A DNA stretch of 64,000 bases from Phoronis australis (taxonomy: Eukaryota; Animalia; Phoronida). This document shows, piece after piece, positions 11,611 through 27,200 of this stretch. The first letter of the stretch is position 1. Each line of letters starts with the position of its first letter. The stretch covers positions 1,133,451 to 1,197,450 of the forward strand of contig NMRA01000026.1 of the NCBI GenBank assembly GCA_002633005.1. Reading direction: 5' to 3'. The notes below the pieces were generated by a model. It saw nothing but the letters and a program-made list of their open reading frames with translations, ran no database searches and was not told the origin of the DNA. The position numbers and the translations under genes are program-made.

Positions 11611-14600
11611 AGAATAACGTCAACAGTCCTCGTATTTTGTTTATCTACCACATTCCTGGGTTTAGCAGACTTTCAAGTCGACCTTTCCACTATTTATAAG
11701 AAGCTGATTACCTGTTTTCACTCTTTTCAAGTTATCGACTACAGAATTTGACACCTTTTTGAAATTTCGTAATCGGTTAATTCAGTTATGACGAGAAGGG
11801 TGTAACCTGAGGTGTTGAACAAGGCAGGTACTCAACCGCTGTCATGGACTGGGTGTCTGTGCGCTGATATTCTAGACTGCTTGGAATACGGCAACGCAAA
11901 CAAACGCTATTGCAAAGTATGGTGACCTTTTCGCTAACATCTCGTCGACCCTTTTCATCTCTGAAAACAGAATTTGTGACGCATCTATTTTGTATTGTTA
12001 GGGACAGTGTCGAACATAAACTATCAGCATTGAATTCCTTGTCCCTCTAATGCGTTTCAGACTGACTCTGACTTTATTTAATGGCTTCCGTTTAATCTGA
12101 GAATCAATGTCTAATAATAGCATATAGATTTGATTCAACGGTCCATGGAAGGCCAATAAACTCGGGTTTTTGAAAGTTGGCTACTTGACTTAACTGTCTC
12201 GAACAAAAAAGCAAACGAGCTAGGAAACTACTCGACACAATACCATAACTTTTTGTTTCACAAGTAACAGTGGACGTTTTACATTTACAGTCATGTTCGC
12301 GTTATTAGGACAAGAAGGAGTTCGCAAGCTCCGTGGCCCCATTGTTTATTAAACCAATCACTGATAGTGTGACCACTTCCGGGTCATTCTTGCCATAAAT
12401 TGCTGAAGAGGGTCAACAAAACTAAACAGTTCTTAAATAAATAAAAACTACGAAATGACCCAAAGCTCTCCGAGAGAACGACGTGAACACGTTGGCTTAC
12501 TCGAGACATGTTTGTTTCAAATTGGCCGGGCAATTGTAACTGCTGTGGGTATCCATTAGTTGGCGGCAAATGTGGCAAATTGTGGTGTTGGAATTAACCA
12601 CTGTGTGAACGACTGTGGAGAAAGGCACGGTTGCCCGTGGCATGGACATCCCTGACATGTCGGTAGCAATTCTCGTAAACAACGTTAGTATAATATTTAC
12701 AGACACTGTGTGTATTGTGTACACAATAAAATTGAGACTCCTTGAACCAGAGCCATAGTACAGCCATTGTGGGTATCGGAGGGGGATTTCCTTTTAACTT
12801 CTCTCAAGGATAATAGGTCTTTATAACCTCAGGTCGCCTCGATCTAATGCGTAGGGTTAAATGTTCCCTTAAAAGTTGCCCTCTTAAGTGGATTCTCATT
12901 GACTTGCTAATCAGATTTGAAAATCGGAATCGTTTTACGGCTTACAATGAAGAACCCGTAGAAGTTCTGTGGTCGAAGGAATTTCAATGTGTTGCGAATC
13001 CTTGTTGTGGAATGGGGTGCGAAATGCACTATGACGACATATTCTCCCGCTTTCTTTACTCGTCTGTAAACATCTTCAGAGCTTAGCTATCTGCCACCGT
13101 TGCTGGATATCCGTGGGCTAATGTTTTTACAGAAATTTACACGAGTTTACACACCCAAGGGCAAACCCATGTGCAGTCTCATTAGTAGCCGTTCTCACAC
13201 ATTTTAAACACGATTAGATGTGCTATGTTTGAACAGTTAGAGCGCCTATCAACCCGTCTTCGTCAAAAACTAACTTTGGATTTGTGTAAACAATAGTTAT
13301 TGTGTAAGATAAAAATTAGACCAGTTATAATTATAAAACTCCACTCGTCTTGTTCGTACCCCAAATAATAATGCATTTTTGAGTGATCTAAAGCAAAATT
13401 TGAATTCCCTGAAAGCATTCATATATATCAGCTTCAGAACACCTAGTCCTCAAACTCCTGATTTCGTACAAGGCCAAATCCTCGAGTAGTTCTACACAAA
13501 TCTACAACCTGGCAATATATGACGTCATGCTAGTTTTTTTTTGCTGCACCAACTCGTGGGATATTTCACTGAAATCTTACTCCTATTATTTTCTATCGTC
13601 AATTTTGCAATGTTTTTGGTACTTTGTTGATAAAAGAATATCCGCTGGAGTTAATTTTTATTTGCCATCATCGTTAACGTTTAGCGGAACATTTTAATTG
13701 TTAACAGGTCAATCATATGTTATGACAATTTTCTGATTGCCAAACAATTTTTTCGTCACGACTGACACAGAAAGTAAACACCGTGCAAGTAACAGATGGA
13801 TAGTTGTTCCTGTACACTACAGTCGTTATAAGCTTTTAATAACACCCTGTTGAATTTAGATAAAGGCGTGCCAGAAACACTCCCGAATCCGTTATGTTCG
13901 GATCACGACTACGCGAGATCTCCTCGTCGCCCTGCCTACCGAGTTGTTCCCCGACTCATCCTCTAAGACAACATTTGTAACGATAGGTGTGTAATTAATT
14001 AGTATTCATTAGTGAATAGACTTACGCGTCCTTTGATGTTCGGATGACGGGGGCAGTAGTTGCCACCCCACGCACCAAACAGTAAATAAAACACGTGGCG
14101 GTCGATGAACGTGAGTTCATAACTCTCCCATGAAGATTGTCAATCGATGGCACATACCTAGTCAATGTCCCGTATGTGTTCCATTTCACACGTCTGCTGT
14201 TGTCAGCTCAAAACTACTTGCTTTGACTTAGTGTAAACACAACCTGCTTACTTTCGCCTTTTTTAACTTTAAATTTCAAGTTTCTGTTAGACGCTGTATG
14301 ATAATTCAAAAATGTACTTTTCTGATATTGTACTTTTTATTTTGAATATGTGTTCATTTTCAAAACTTAAATCTATTTCTCATAAGCTGCAGAAATCATT
14401 ATGGAATCTACATTTGAGTGTCGTTTTTATAACGTCAAATTAATTTGTCCATTATCATTTAATAATCATTGTTTACATTCTGAAGAATCGTACAGCAGGG
14501 GAAGCACCATGGTAGATGAAATTTCATCCGTGTCAAAACGTCTCCTTAGCTATGGCTCAGTCTGACAATTGTTAAATCGGTGCGACTGTTCACACTTATT

Positions 14601-17600
14601 GACATCAAGGTTACGACTGACAGACGAGTGTCCAGAATTCTGAAAATAGTGTAAGCCTTTTCCACATACATGCAGTCTAACGCTTTTCGGGAAAAATCTA
14701 ACAATTTTAAATATTTTAAAACTTTATGCGACTGTAGGACTTCTTTGGAACCTACGTAATGTAGAACTACTAACACTAAGAGCAATGGAGGTGGAGTTCC
14801 GCAGACGCAAGAAACCTCACGAAAAAGCAAGATCTCTTAAGACCCGCAAAATCTCGCTAGTTATTAAAGACGTATGTTTCACTTGACCTTACTGGTGATT
14901 GATCGATGAGGTTGGAAAGTTAAATTATGTGATAGAAAGAACTAGACAAGTTATTTCCGTTCCATAAATGAAAATTTCTCGCCGCAAGTGCAACGCAAGC
15001 GCATCGCAGCCCACGTGGTCGCTTCCGCCTTGAGTTTTGAGTGGATTGAAATGAGCACGACTCACTCCACCTCAGAAGCAGGTGACAAGTTGACACCGGG
15101 GTGTCAATTAGTTCTGACTGTCATCTATATGCATTTGCGCTGTGTCATTTTGCGCTGTGTCAAAAATGCCGTGTAAATGCAACGTTTGATAGGAACAACC
15201 AAACTCACATTTGCACGACACTGAAATTATAGCGGCAAAAATACCGACGAATTGAAATCTTCTGTGGTTCATATCAAAGTTCTACTGTGCCCGACTAGGT
15301 ACATCAAAAAGAATAGCATCGCGTCGTTATGGGCCTGATTATAATTATCGAGTGGTGATTTTGTCGTCATTTCACCAAACAAGCTTGAAGGGACACAGTC
15401 AGTTTTAGTTTAGGGCCAAAACACGCATTTTGAGAATCATTACTGGTTAGGGCAGACTTAGTGAAGTCGTAAGCTGTGATCAGAGCTATAAAACAGCAAA
15501 ATCCGTTGCGTTTTTATGACATTAGTATTTTCAAGTGATCGAAAGTATTTCAAGTGTTATCAGTTGACAACATATTTTTTCCACAAACCATTATTGGTTG
15601 GTTCGACGGATTGAAAGTTTCCGAACATTCGTAGTTAAATCGATGTGTGTGGCAACAACGTAAAGTAGTATATGATTAAATAAATTATATAAATACATTT
15701 ATAAATTCACAAAACGTTTTTAAATTCCACAGGGCAGGCACCTTGTTATTATTGTAAGTACCGCGACTATATCGTTTTTAAATTCCCCGACAGGTTCCTT
15801 GTTATTCTTGTAAGTTATTCAACTATTTCGTACAAGTTAAACATAAAATTCTAAAACATTTTAGTATTCAAGCTGTCAGAGTTGTCAATTGTTAACTACA
15901 TGCAATACAATATCACTAGATAACTTGTCAACCCACTGTCCTGTTTTTCAATACAAATCCATTGAAACTTTCCACACACAAAAGAAGTTTTCCTGACTTG
16001 TCCACCTCTGTGTAACAAGAACTTTGTATTGGATCATTCCGTCACTGATGAAATCCCCGGCGTTGGCCCCTTGACACCGTCAATGGACGTTACGTGAATA
16101 CGTCTATGTTGATTCGAGTGTTAATGCGAGCTGTCAACGACAGTGAAAAACGCCTGGCTCCACCATTCAACTAAAACAAACATTATCGAGGAATATATAC
16201 ATGGTTGAATATAATTAATTTCTTCACTTAATGTTACACCAGCTCTGTATGAGGTGACTGAAATGAATTGTTGACAATACAGTGGAAATCGGCGTGCGCC
16301 ATTCAATCAATACAACATGTGCTTCTCAAGCCACACATGCATGATTTGGCGCCGTAACAGACATTTTGGAGAAGAGAAGGTGAAATCATTCTACATTTAA
16401 CTACGAGGGAAAACATTGAAACGATGATAATAGTGTGTAAACACATTAAGTTGTATAGATAAAGCAAAATTTGTGTGTTTTTGTTTGATAAAAATGTCTG
16501 GAAAGAACTGCTAGAGTTCTGAGGGCTTTCGTGAGGAACACTTTTTAAAATGGAAAAGTTGTAGAAAAAATTACTCAACAAAAAACCGTTGTAGATATAG
16601 TCTCTGAATAGATCCGGTGCACCTGTATAAAAATATGTCACAGGATCGCTTTACTAATCCGGTGTTATTAAATTAGCCGTACGCGTTTATCCGCTTGAGC
16701 GCTGTTCCCCAATATATCCCGCCTGACTTCCTATTTTGTAGAGCCAGTCAGATTTCTAATCAATCAATACTCCATAATCGCATAGATTGTTAAATACTGC
16801 TAACAAACAAAGCTGTTGATTTATAAGTTAGGCATTTTTGTAATCAACAGAAAGAAAAACATACAATTAGTACGGAACCAGACGTGCACCTGGTCTGATC
16901 TCAATATAGCCATGTTATTCCACCTGAGAACTATAGACAGTGATTCTGACGAGGGAACATATACTTAGCAGCCTCTGAGCCAACTTATATTTATTTAGCT
17001 CGACTAAATTGTTCAAACATCAAAAACTATTTTTGTTTGCGCACAAATTTTGTTTACATTCCAATTGGTCCCGCATATTTTTGTATTGAACTGTTTGCGT
17101 TTTCAGGCACTCCGAGCCTGGGTCGTTCAAGAACTGTTATGAAATTAGTATATTGACTGTATTACTTATAAGACTCATTGAAAATTTTATCTCAATGGTC
17201 CTATGTACACTTATAAAGCCGGTTTCGGTCTATATTGTGATATGCATGAATACAAAATTAATGTGTGGAATTCTTAGCCATTGCGTGACCATTGGACGTA
17301 CCAAAATATTTTCTTAACAAGATTATGAATATAAAAGATTTGCGCTTCCTAGATCGGGGCAACCGAATAGAGCCCTTCCGGGCCTAATGTTGACCCAAGC
17401 TCGCTATTCCCTCCAGTTTTGTTGTCTTTAACGGAAATCTCCCCCGAAATCTTTTTCGGTTGACGTGTTATCCGAATTTATTGACATCACACCCCAAAGG
17501 CATCTTTTGTACAACACCTCACATTTAGGCTACCACACGATTCACCTGTGAAGATCGTTATTAACAAGATGAGCAAAACAGACGCTCTTACAAAGCCAAG

Positions 17601-20600
17601 TGAAGGCTCGTTTTCAAAAGATATACGCCTCTTGACATCTAGTTTGCCATGTCCTAATTATATACACTGGTCGCACAACAATTTAATTTCTAACGTATTT
17701 GCAAAGTTAAAATTGTCATGTTAAAAACAAATGGCTTTCGTTAATGGTGAAGTGCGGCTACTTCAAAATACTTGCACATATTTCATTTTCAGTCTCCGTA
17801 ATGCGCTGCCCGATGAATTTGGTTGGTTTGTCTAGAGTTGCTCTTTATGTACACTTTGTCCGAGCCAGTGACGAGACTAGCACTTCATGTTGTCCGTGCC
17901 AGGACTCGACGGGCTAAAGTCAATTTATTTTAAAAGCAGCGATCGATAGAAGTCAGAGATAAACTATCAAATTTTAATGCTGGACAATTAACTTTAATTC
18001 AGGAGTGTATTTAGAGAGATGTCTGTCTGTCTTCGCGGTGTTATTTTTAATCCACACTGTCAACAACAATTAGCTTCCAACACAAACAAGTTGTACAATT
18101 GTGAAAACAGTGCGAATACGTTGACTCCTTTTGGTTGGATAACAACAACAGGAGCGGCTGACTTCTCAGATTGGTATTATTTCAAAGTGCCCAACTGAAT
18201 AAGGTGGTTTTTAATTACATTTGTCACATCTCGAAGCCGGACTGCCCACTGGACATTTTAGTGTTCGAGTCCTTCTCAAACAGTCTGTCACCCAACGCAC
18301 ATCGGTTTTGCGCGTATAATTTAAAGGTCCACGCACCGACTTATACTTTAAAGCCAGGACATATATCAGTTTTACCGACACGGACAAAAACACGGTTTTT
18401 CGAAAGCAGCACAAATGGCCAATTTTCCACTGGTATTCGAAGACAGGCCTATGTTTGATGAACCACTGTTATTCGAATGAAATTGCCAACGAACAACGCT
18501 TTCACACCAAAGAAGTTCTCGGTACAATCTCTCGAAAACGGTAAAAGCAATGGGGGCCGACTTAAGCGTTGTTCAATCTGAAAAAGATCCCCTTGAACGA
18601 TGTCGCTTTCGAGGTTTTTTCCCCAAAGTTAATACCCACTTCCACTTGTCCCCAGTCTGTTGCATCAAGTTATAAGATGGAGTCAGAAGTTCTAAGAACG
18701 AGTTTGGTTTGCCAGGGCCTTATCACCGTTATCACCACCCTTAGTTTTTCGAAGGCAGAGCCGTTATTCTTTGCGTTCTCCAGTAATTAACCGGACACGC
18801 TAGTACCTGTAGGCGCCTCACAATCTCAGGCGCGATGGCTAAAAAGTGTAAGCTTAATTGGACGACTTTTCGAAGAGTTAATTAACATCCTAGCATACCC
18901 AACTTTAGATTTAAAGTGAAAAGGTTCACGAATTTAGTGGGAAATTCATTTGTGGGATGTTTTTTACCTTTCACTGTTATTAGTTCTATTTACTTTTATA
19001 TACGTCGCACGTAAAGACACTACACGTCATCATGAGAGAGCCAAACCTTCACATTTTGCAGGTTTATTTGTTTAAGATCCTATAGACCGATTAATTTAAA
19101 GATATTCCTGGTATGAATTATACTAAACATTAACATAATTATTTTTGCTTGTGTTTGTCTTATTCATCATTAGTATTAATATTATCATTCATTTTCAAAC
19201 TTTTCCTGCTGTGAACAGGCAGAATTCTAAATTGAATTCAGAGTCAGCGTACCTTTTCTTATCATTTGATTAATTCTCAAGCGAAAAGTTGATCACCGCA
19301 GCATCCATGTTCTTATGATCTTTTTGAGATTTTTATGAATTTGTAATCATCATCAAAACCTACATATTATTCCCCTCGTGTTTTTGTTATTTTCCCACCA
19401 GCAACGAACTTTTCAAGGTATTTGTTATGTTTTTTCAATGACCATGCAATAAACCTCTTAACTTCTGAGGCCTGGAAACGACCCGTGAGTGGACAGTCTG
19501 TGTTTAACCTGTGGGAACCCTGGCAAGCTTTCCCTCTTTTTATAACGTTACGTTATTAAATCTGACAGTTGACAGTTACCGCTTTTTAGACCACAAAAGT
19601 TTTCCTGTCACGGATATCGTTCATTACCGAGTCGTTGCTTGGTCCATCTATTCAAATATACCTGTCTCTTCTTAAACCACGTATAATAGAGGGGGGGGTG
19701 GGCAAAAACAATTCTTTGTATCATCTTCGTTCATGTTATGAAGCAAAAAAGAAGTACACCTCGATTTTTACTTCGTTGTATATTACCCTACCATCCTTAC
19801 TCCGGCTGAGCCCGACCGCAACTGCCATTTAACCTGTTAACTTAATTAACGCGGAATTGTTCCAGAATAGCGATAAATATGTAACACAGTGATGCGTTTA
19901 TCACATGTCGATGCTGTGCCAACCTGCTAGAGAATTATGCTAATACAAAACCAATCTCCTTTGTATAGAATCTTTTGACAGACATATTTTTATAGCTGGT
20001 AAAACTTGCAAGTATGGTATAGCTGCCGAGAGAGTATATTGTTTTTGGACTAGTGAGGTTATGTGGACATTTGGTATGATTATGGAAAGAGCAATACATG
20101 TCAGGAATGAATTAGTCGGCGCAGTTCAATACATTTTGTTTCACTGGTTAATGATGAGAATAGCTTAATTTGTACAACTTTGATGATATATCTTAAGAAC
20201 GATGACGCCGAAAGAAGATGCCGAAGCAGTGAAAGTAGCGATGAAATATTAAGATATTGACGACGATGGCGATAATCAATGAGAGTTGATGGAAATCCTT
20301 CACCACGTCTTTTAACATACACACGAGAGGTGTCTTGAAATTTCGATGTCAAAATTTTATCATAAGTGTTGAAAATGAAGTTGGTGAAACTGCGAATATT
20401 TTTAGACTCTCCATCAATGAGCAAAACGCTAACTCGACAGACTTATCAGGTGATGAAGGGACCGACGGTAATGAATAACGTGTGAAAGACATTTGTAAAA
20501 AACAAGCGGCGCCAACGATTTGCTCGGTTGTCTGCTGCGAGTCAACACACAGATCTCACACATACTCTTACAACTGACACTGCTAGCTCCACGCCGCTTG

Positions 20601-23600
20601 TATTTGTTCACACGCAACTCAGCGAATTCATGTTAGTCGGGTTTCGTTGTTGTGTCGACCTCTAAACCAAACGCATCCTTACTTACTGTGCCAAATTACA
20701 AATTAGTGTAAATTTATTACAAAGATTTTGATCCGTCCAATATGCCTGTGATGTGAGAGAATGAGAGCTTGGAAAGTAAAGTTTCTCCTAAAATATATGG
20801 TTGAATTGTATTTTGCCAAAGTTAAACATCCAATATAGCATTTGCATGCAATTATAGGCTCTTGTGTTCTGCAAAGTGTATATTTTAACTGAGCCTCTCC
20901 GATTGGATCAACAAAAAGTGTTTTGTAAGTAGAGAGCTATATCGCTTACATAGGGAAAACACAGAGTGAAGATAAACGGAGTTTTGTCTTAGAACACATA
21001 GCGATTTTGACAGTTTCCTCCACTCGTGGGGAGTCCTATCTGAACAAAAACAAATTCTAGCTTTATCAAGCGGCTGGAAATAACATGAAATTTGTGTGGT
21101 ACAGCGATGGTCGCGATTTGGCTTATTTCAAGGCGCGCCTTATCGTGCGTAGACCACACTGCTACTTACATTAGGGCATTTTGAAAAACTACGCGAACAC
21201 CATCAGTCTCCCTAGGGAACTATTCCGGGTGAGAAATAGCTCACTCGGTCTCTCATAAACACCAGAAAGCATAAAAGTACCATAGTTAGCTGTTGCCACT
21301 CCTTCGTGAAGACGACTTTAACGAGTGGTTCATCCCAAAGTTTGATTTTAAAATGTAAAATAAACTTGTTTAGATTTGTTGGGTAAAACTGAGGTCAAAC
21401 CGAAATCGCAAAATTTGAACTGGATCAAATTAAGTTCGCGACAGCCAATCTGTCCGTTGAAGCAGTCTACCAACTCGATTCGCTCCATTTTTTTCACCAC
21501 GTATAATTAGGGACGCTAACTCGCCCTATGACAAACCAAAACAAAGGGATCCACTCCAAAACATCAACCAAAACAACGGTATCAAAGATGGCGCTGCGTG
21601 GCGCTTATGTCTTTATGAATGAACGGAATAAAACTGCGTGATTCATTTGCTGTTTAAGGGGTGGTTTTGCCATTTAAAACAAATGCTTCATAATGGCACG
21701 TTTAAAACAGCGCCTTTAAAAGTATGAGGAATTCCTTTCTTTGTTAAGCATGAGATTTCCCTCCTATCAAGAATATTTCGTAATTATCTAATGATGAATA
21801 AAATTCAATTAATCCTACGAACCTGTAAGCTAAGTACTTCTACTTATTTAGTTGTTCTATTAATTTGCATAATTTTACTCAGGCCCGGGGGGGCTATCTA
21901 TACAAAAAGTTCTTACTCACCGGTCGGAAAGGAAAACGCATTGATTGCGATGATCATAACATTGTTGGTTTCGGACATGCTTAGCAAGGCCTTCATATAT
22001 TGCCATATACAGTATTCTTAGACGGTGTTTGCTGGTTGGCGTCTGTGGTGTTGTTTTCTCTAGTAATAATTGCGTACAGATTTATTGGTAAACACTTTCG
22101 TTTTTACACGATTTTAGTGCCTTATCTATGTAACTTAAGCTTTTATATATAAACCATTTGCTTGTTACGTGTCTTGACGTTTCAGACAACTTCTAGAAAA
22201 CACGTTGAACTTCGATGGCATTGTATATTGTACGCTTTAGTTTTGTATTTACCCCCGCAACTGTAACGCAAATCACTACTCCATCTGCTGATCAAAACTC
22301 AAATACCGCAATTTCTCTCACATAAGAAACAAGCTTATTGGAATTATTCAAAACACCGTTAACAGCGATATCTGCCAGCCATTATGAGCTATCAGAGTGC
22401 CCAATGTTCTCTAACTGTGGAACAATGTCTCAAGCACTTAGTCGGATATCTCACATAGATCAGTGTTGCTAGCTAGGGGTTTGTACTCGTTGTAATAACA
22501 TGAAGCGTACCCAAATGACTCAATAATTTGTGAGTCGAGTATCCAAGTGCTGCGGACAGTTTACTGACTAAACAAAACCAATGAGTGAGACATCGACTTT
22601 TCGCAGATTTTCACGTGAAAGGAGGACAGATTGGATAACAAGCATGTGTTAGAGCTATGCACTTCTACTGACCAATTTCGCACGATAAAAATCGACTATT
22701 GAAGAATGTCAGCAAAACTTTTCGGCCAACAATGGCCAGGAAGTTGGTTAGAAAAATACTTTTGTTCGTATCAGATGTTAATAACTCGATTTTAAAGCTG
22801 TATGTCTTTGTAATTTCTAACTGGGAAACTTATCTCTATAAAATCAACCTCAACATTTCGGTTAACATTATGATGTCATGAAGAGCATTAAAAATATAAG
22901 TAAAAACGCTCCAGAAAACAAAACAAATTCAATGGTCCGTTATCTATCAATTCCAACAGGGCGTTGAAACCGGTGCTATCATAACAATTGTGGTTTGGTG
23001 GGTAATTAGATTAGGATATTTCCTCATTTTGAAAAGGATGTTAATAAAAAATATCGGCGTTGTCCAACAACATAGATAATTCTCAGTTCATTCTGGTTGA
23101 AAGGTCCGTTCAAGGTCTTTTTGGCGAAACGACTGCCTTTGAGCGTTTCGTACTCTACACTTCAAAGTTGTATAGAATTCTTCACAGTACGCTGTGCAGT
23201 ATACTAGTTATTTCAACTAATCAAGTTCTACCATAGACTCGAAGAAATTGTAACCTTGTCTTGCAACACGTAGATTGGCCGCCGAGTGTGTGTCTTGGAT
23301 CGCCAGGGCGTCTACATATATGTAAAAGCCCGGAAATCATTTAGAAATACATTGACTGAAAAAATCTCAAAAGTTCATTCAATTGTCCGGTATATTCTAT
23401 CAAAACATGCAACTTTCACTTTCCAAATCAATTCTAATTGGTTCAAGGATACCCTTCAGGTATGTCCGATCTTTCAAATCTCGCTTTACATTGGCCTCAA
23501 GATTCCTACAAGTTTAAACTGTTCACCAGGAATCGTTTGCGATGAAATTTTAATTCCAAATGCTATAAAACTCCTTAGTGAGGTAAGATAAAGATAAATA

Positions 23601-23995
23601 CATTAGAATCGCTGCGTAATGCGACGTGCCTTAAGGCGTTAGATTCAGTGCATTTTTTCTAAACAAAATTAATCAAGTTTGTTTTTCAAGTACACAACGG
23701 TATAAATGCATGTGCTAACAGTGATGTTTGCTCTGACTAGCGAGTAAATCACAATACGTATCCTGTATAGTGCGTGGCGGACGAGCCGCAGGATTCAAGA
23801 AAGGAGCTGAGATGAGCTACAAAATAAATTTCTGGCTCAGGTCTTACATGGGCCTGCCACACTCCCATTCCCCATAGCCGACCACAATAAACAGCAAGTT
23901 GTCGAATCGGTGACACATGAAAAAGTTGCTAGTGGATCCGAAGCCCAATTGTCAGCGATAAACAGAAAAGTATCTCCTCGTAAAGATTGTTCTCN

Positions 23996-24239
23996 TGATA
24001 ACCAATCGATTTAAAAATGAGTTTTATGTCATTTAGCACATTTAAATGTTCCAAATTGTCACAGTGAAAAAAATCTTAGCGTGCAGCGCTACCTTGCGAT
24101 AACTTCGATGACGTCAGGGTCACCAACCCTTTACTTCGATGGTCATCAACTACCGAAGCCAGTATGAACGGTCCAGTTAACTGCGCTGTTTACGTCGACG
24201 CTCCGCTCAGACCGGAGTTAAGTCAATATGAAAGGGCCT
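23996..24239. mobile_element. Partial inverted copy of the Harbinger-like MITE, truncated at an N
   Basis: Reverse complement matches 35523 to about 35770; ends TATGAAAGGGCCT followed by TTA. Confidence 0.8.
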
Positions 24240-27200
24240 TTACATGGGCCTGCCACACTCCCATTCCCCATAGCCGACCACAATAAACAGCAAGTTGTCG
24301 AATCGGTGACACATGAAAAAGTTGCTAGTGGATCCGAAGCCCAATTGTCAGCGATAAACAGAAAAGTATCTCCTCGTAAAGATTGTTCTCGGCATGGCGT
24401 GAGAGTTAGAACTTACATTTCAAAAGTTTATAAAACTGAAGTCTTCGATTTTCCGCATAGAACACGGTCTAACTGTTAATAATAAATTTGAAATGATTTA
24501 CAACACTCATTAAACTCTGTTTTTTCTATCTGAACAAGGCATTTTAAAAAAATAAACATACTGACTGCTTGCGGGTTTGTATAAAAGCTTATTATAACAC
24601 GCAGTCTGTAATACATACACACGATTGTAGCTCAAGACACGTTCAGTTTATTTACAGTTCTTGGTTTGAGTTCTATCGCTTTGGGATCGCTCGAACTATT
24701 TTCTATGAGATTAAAATCTTAGATAAAACTCTGACCAAATGAAGTTGCATCATCGATAAATAAACATCTATTGTCAGTTTGTGTAGTCAGTCTGAATACG
24801 TTGTATCAACGGTAGTGCACTGCACCAAATTTCCCTATTTTGAAAGAATCGCAAATTTGACGCAGACGAAATTGTAAGTGTAAAATTTCGTTCAAAACAA
24901 TGCGTCTTGTTGCGAATGTTTCGCACGAAACTTAAAAATTCTGTTTCATGTGCCCTTGTTCTATCTACATATAAGTATCTGAGATTTTCTGTCAATGCCT
25001 TTTGGCTCGAGACTTCGACTTAGCACACTCCGTGAAAAGTTCGAAAGTCTTGATTTTTGACACTGCCATTTCACGGGCTAAACGGACTTGACAGAAAATC
25101 CTAGACATAGCTAAAAGAACAAAGAAACAGGATTCGTAAATGACGCGCGAAAAATTTTACGAGTGTGAAATATTTGTTGGTCTTGGGTAAAATTACGATT
25201 AAAAAACCAATCCCATGGGAACTGTATTTTCATGCACGTAATACGTTTCTGTTATCAATAAACATTTCAAATATGTAACAGGATTTCAGCGGCTGAAAAT
25301 TGCCATCTAGAAAGTTGGGAGACTCTTGATAACGAAGCCTTGGTTACTGTAATTTACTATTGTCAATAAAGTTTAGTGTAATCAATTTTTGTACAAGAAA
25401 GCTATAACTTTACGAACAGACCTTCAGTTCAGGATCGACCCGAACATGAATGAATCTATAGGAACAACTTCGAAACTGTAGCGGATGAACTCGTTTGGTT
25501 TCATTATTTTTTTTTTCTTCCCTACAAGTTGGCGCGTGGCCCTTTAATTGGCATCGCGTGCAGCCAAATGAAATTACTGAAATCTCCGTCGACAGACAAA
25601 CGTTGGCTCCATTGCTCAAAAATGCTCAGAGGAGTACAATCGTAGGAATTTCTGGCTATGTCCCCATGTCGTCTGACACAGACAATTCAAATAAATGGAA
25701 GACATTACAATTACACTTGTCTCATGCTGCATGCTCTGACGTTGTCGCTTGTCCATCCAAAACATCATATTTAAGTAGTGTGCACGTGGCATTGTCAATA
25801 TTTAGGGTTTAAACATACAGCTTGCAGGATCTCACACAGCCAGGCGCCTGCTTGCAATTTATTATAGATTACACTCATCATAAGAAACTTCGTCGACGAA
25901 AAACGCTTGATGAAACCACAACGTTATTATTGCCGCATTCATTATTATTACTAATTATGTAAAGATTACGACTAGCAACGTTCAAATTATTATCATTGTC
26001 ATTATTATCTTTATTTTTGTTGTTATAATCCCTGTAGCTAACCAGTAGCGTTTATATCGTTTTTCAGCATCACAATCGTGTTTAGTTACGCAATTGTACG
26101 TTATAACCTCTATCATACAAGAGTATAGTCCTTCAACAGTTTGCTAACGGATAAAAATATTTAATGAACGCATTATCGTTGGCTGTTTGTATTACCACAA
26201 ACTTACAATTTACTGGCGTCCTTATATCAAGTATGTTCACGTAGACCAAATATAAACGTCTACCGCGCAACAAGTGGAATAAATTGACTTGAAATTCTTT
26301 GCAATCCAAATGTGTTGACTTACTGACTTGGAGGTGCAAAATGGACAGTGAACAATCTTATGACGCTTGATTTCTTTGAATAAGTGAAGAATTAGGCGAA
26401 ATTGAGGTGTGTAACAATTGAATATATAGATCTAACTGGTGGTCAGTTCTTTTGATGTATTCTTCAGCGTTTTGTTGTTTATGCGTCATTGTTTGTCCAT
26501 TATTTTGAGTGGCTATGTGTAATGTTGGGAACTTTCGGCGGGGTCACTTAGCTGTTTGAAATAATGTTTGCTCTTAAATGCGCAAACTGCAGTTCCGTGC
26601 ATATGGAAGACATCTTAGTGAAAAATTCAAAGATTTAATGCATGGAAAGTGCATTCCAAACGTAAACTAATGCGAAAGGTTTGGCGCAAATTGCGTGAAA
26701 ACAAATGTGAAGAAAGTCTTTTATAATAGCTTAAAAATAATATTTTAAATGATTCTCAATTTGTTTCCGAAGTCCACAAAGTAGGTGGTCGTGTTTTTTA
26801 AACAGATGTAATGTTCTCAACATTGCTTGAGTATAACTAGCGTGGAACCCCCACGTTCAATGGATTCCTAATGATACTTTGCCTTTCTAAATGGCGCATA
26901 ATCTTTGGGCGAACACTTCTACTTTTTGTCCTGACCAATTGACTTATTGACTCTATCTCTTATCGCACTCATGAAATCTAATACTAGCATGCCAAAAATG
27001 TTGAACAATTACCAGTAATGCGTCTAACCAGGTTCAGCCTCATAGCGCCTTCAGCAGGTTTAAACTTATATGCGTACGAACGGTGTGCTTCAATGGGGCT
27101 CTGTTTTTAACTTCGTTAATCTTGTCCCCGGGCTACAATACGAAAAATGCCTTAAACAAATATCATATATTTATATGCATTGTGATAAACCAATTTGTTG

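Noticed and set aside
21584-21641. YY1-like AAGATGGCG with a short ORF as a hidden gene start
   Set aside because: ORF only 17 codons, with no donor site or downstream exons found.
25495-25812. 105-aa ORF with hydrophobic start
   Set aside because: TTG start, hydrophobicity due to a poly-T run, no homology.
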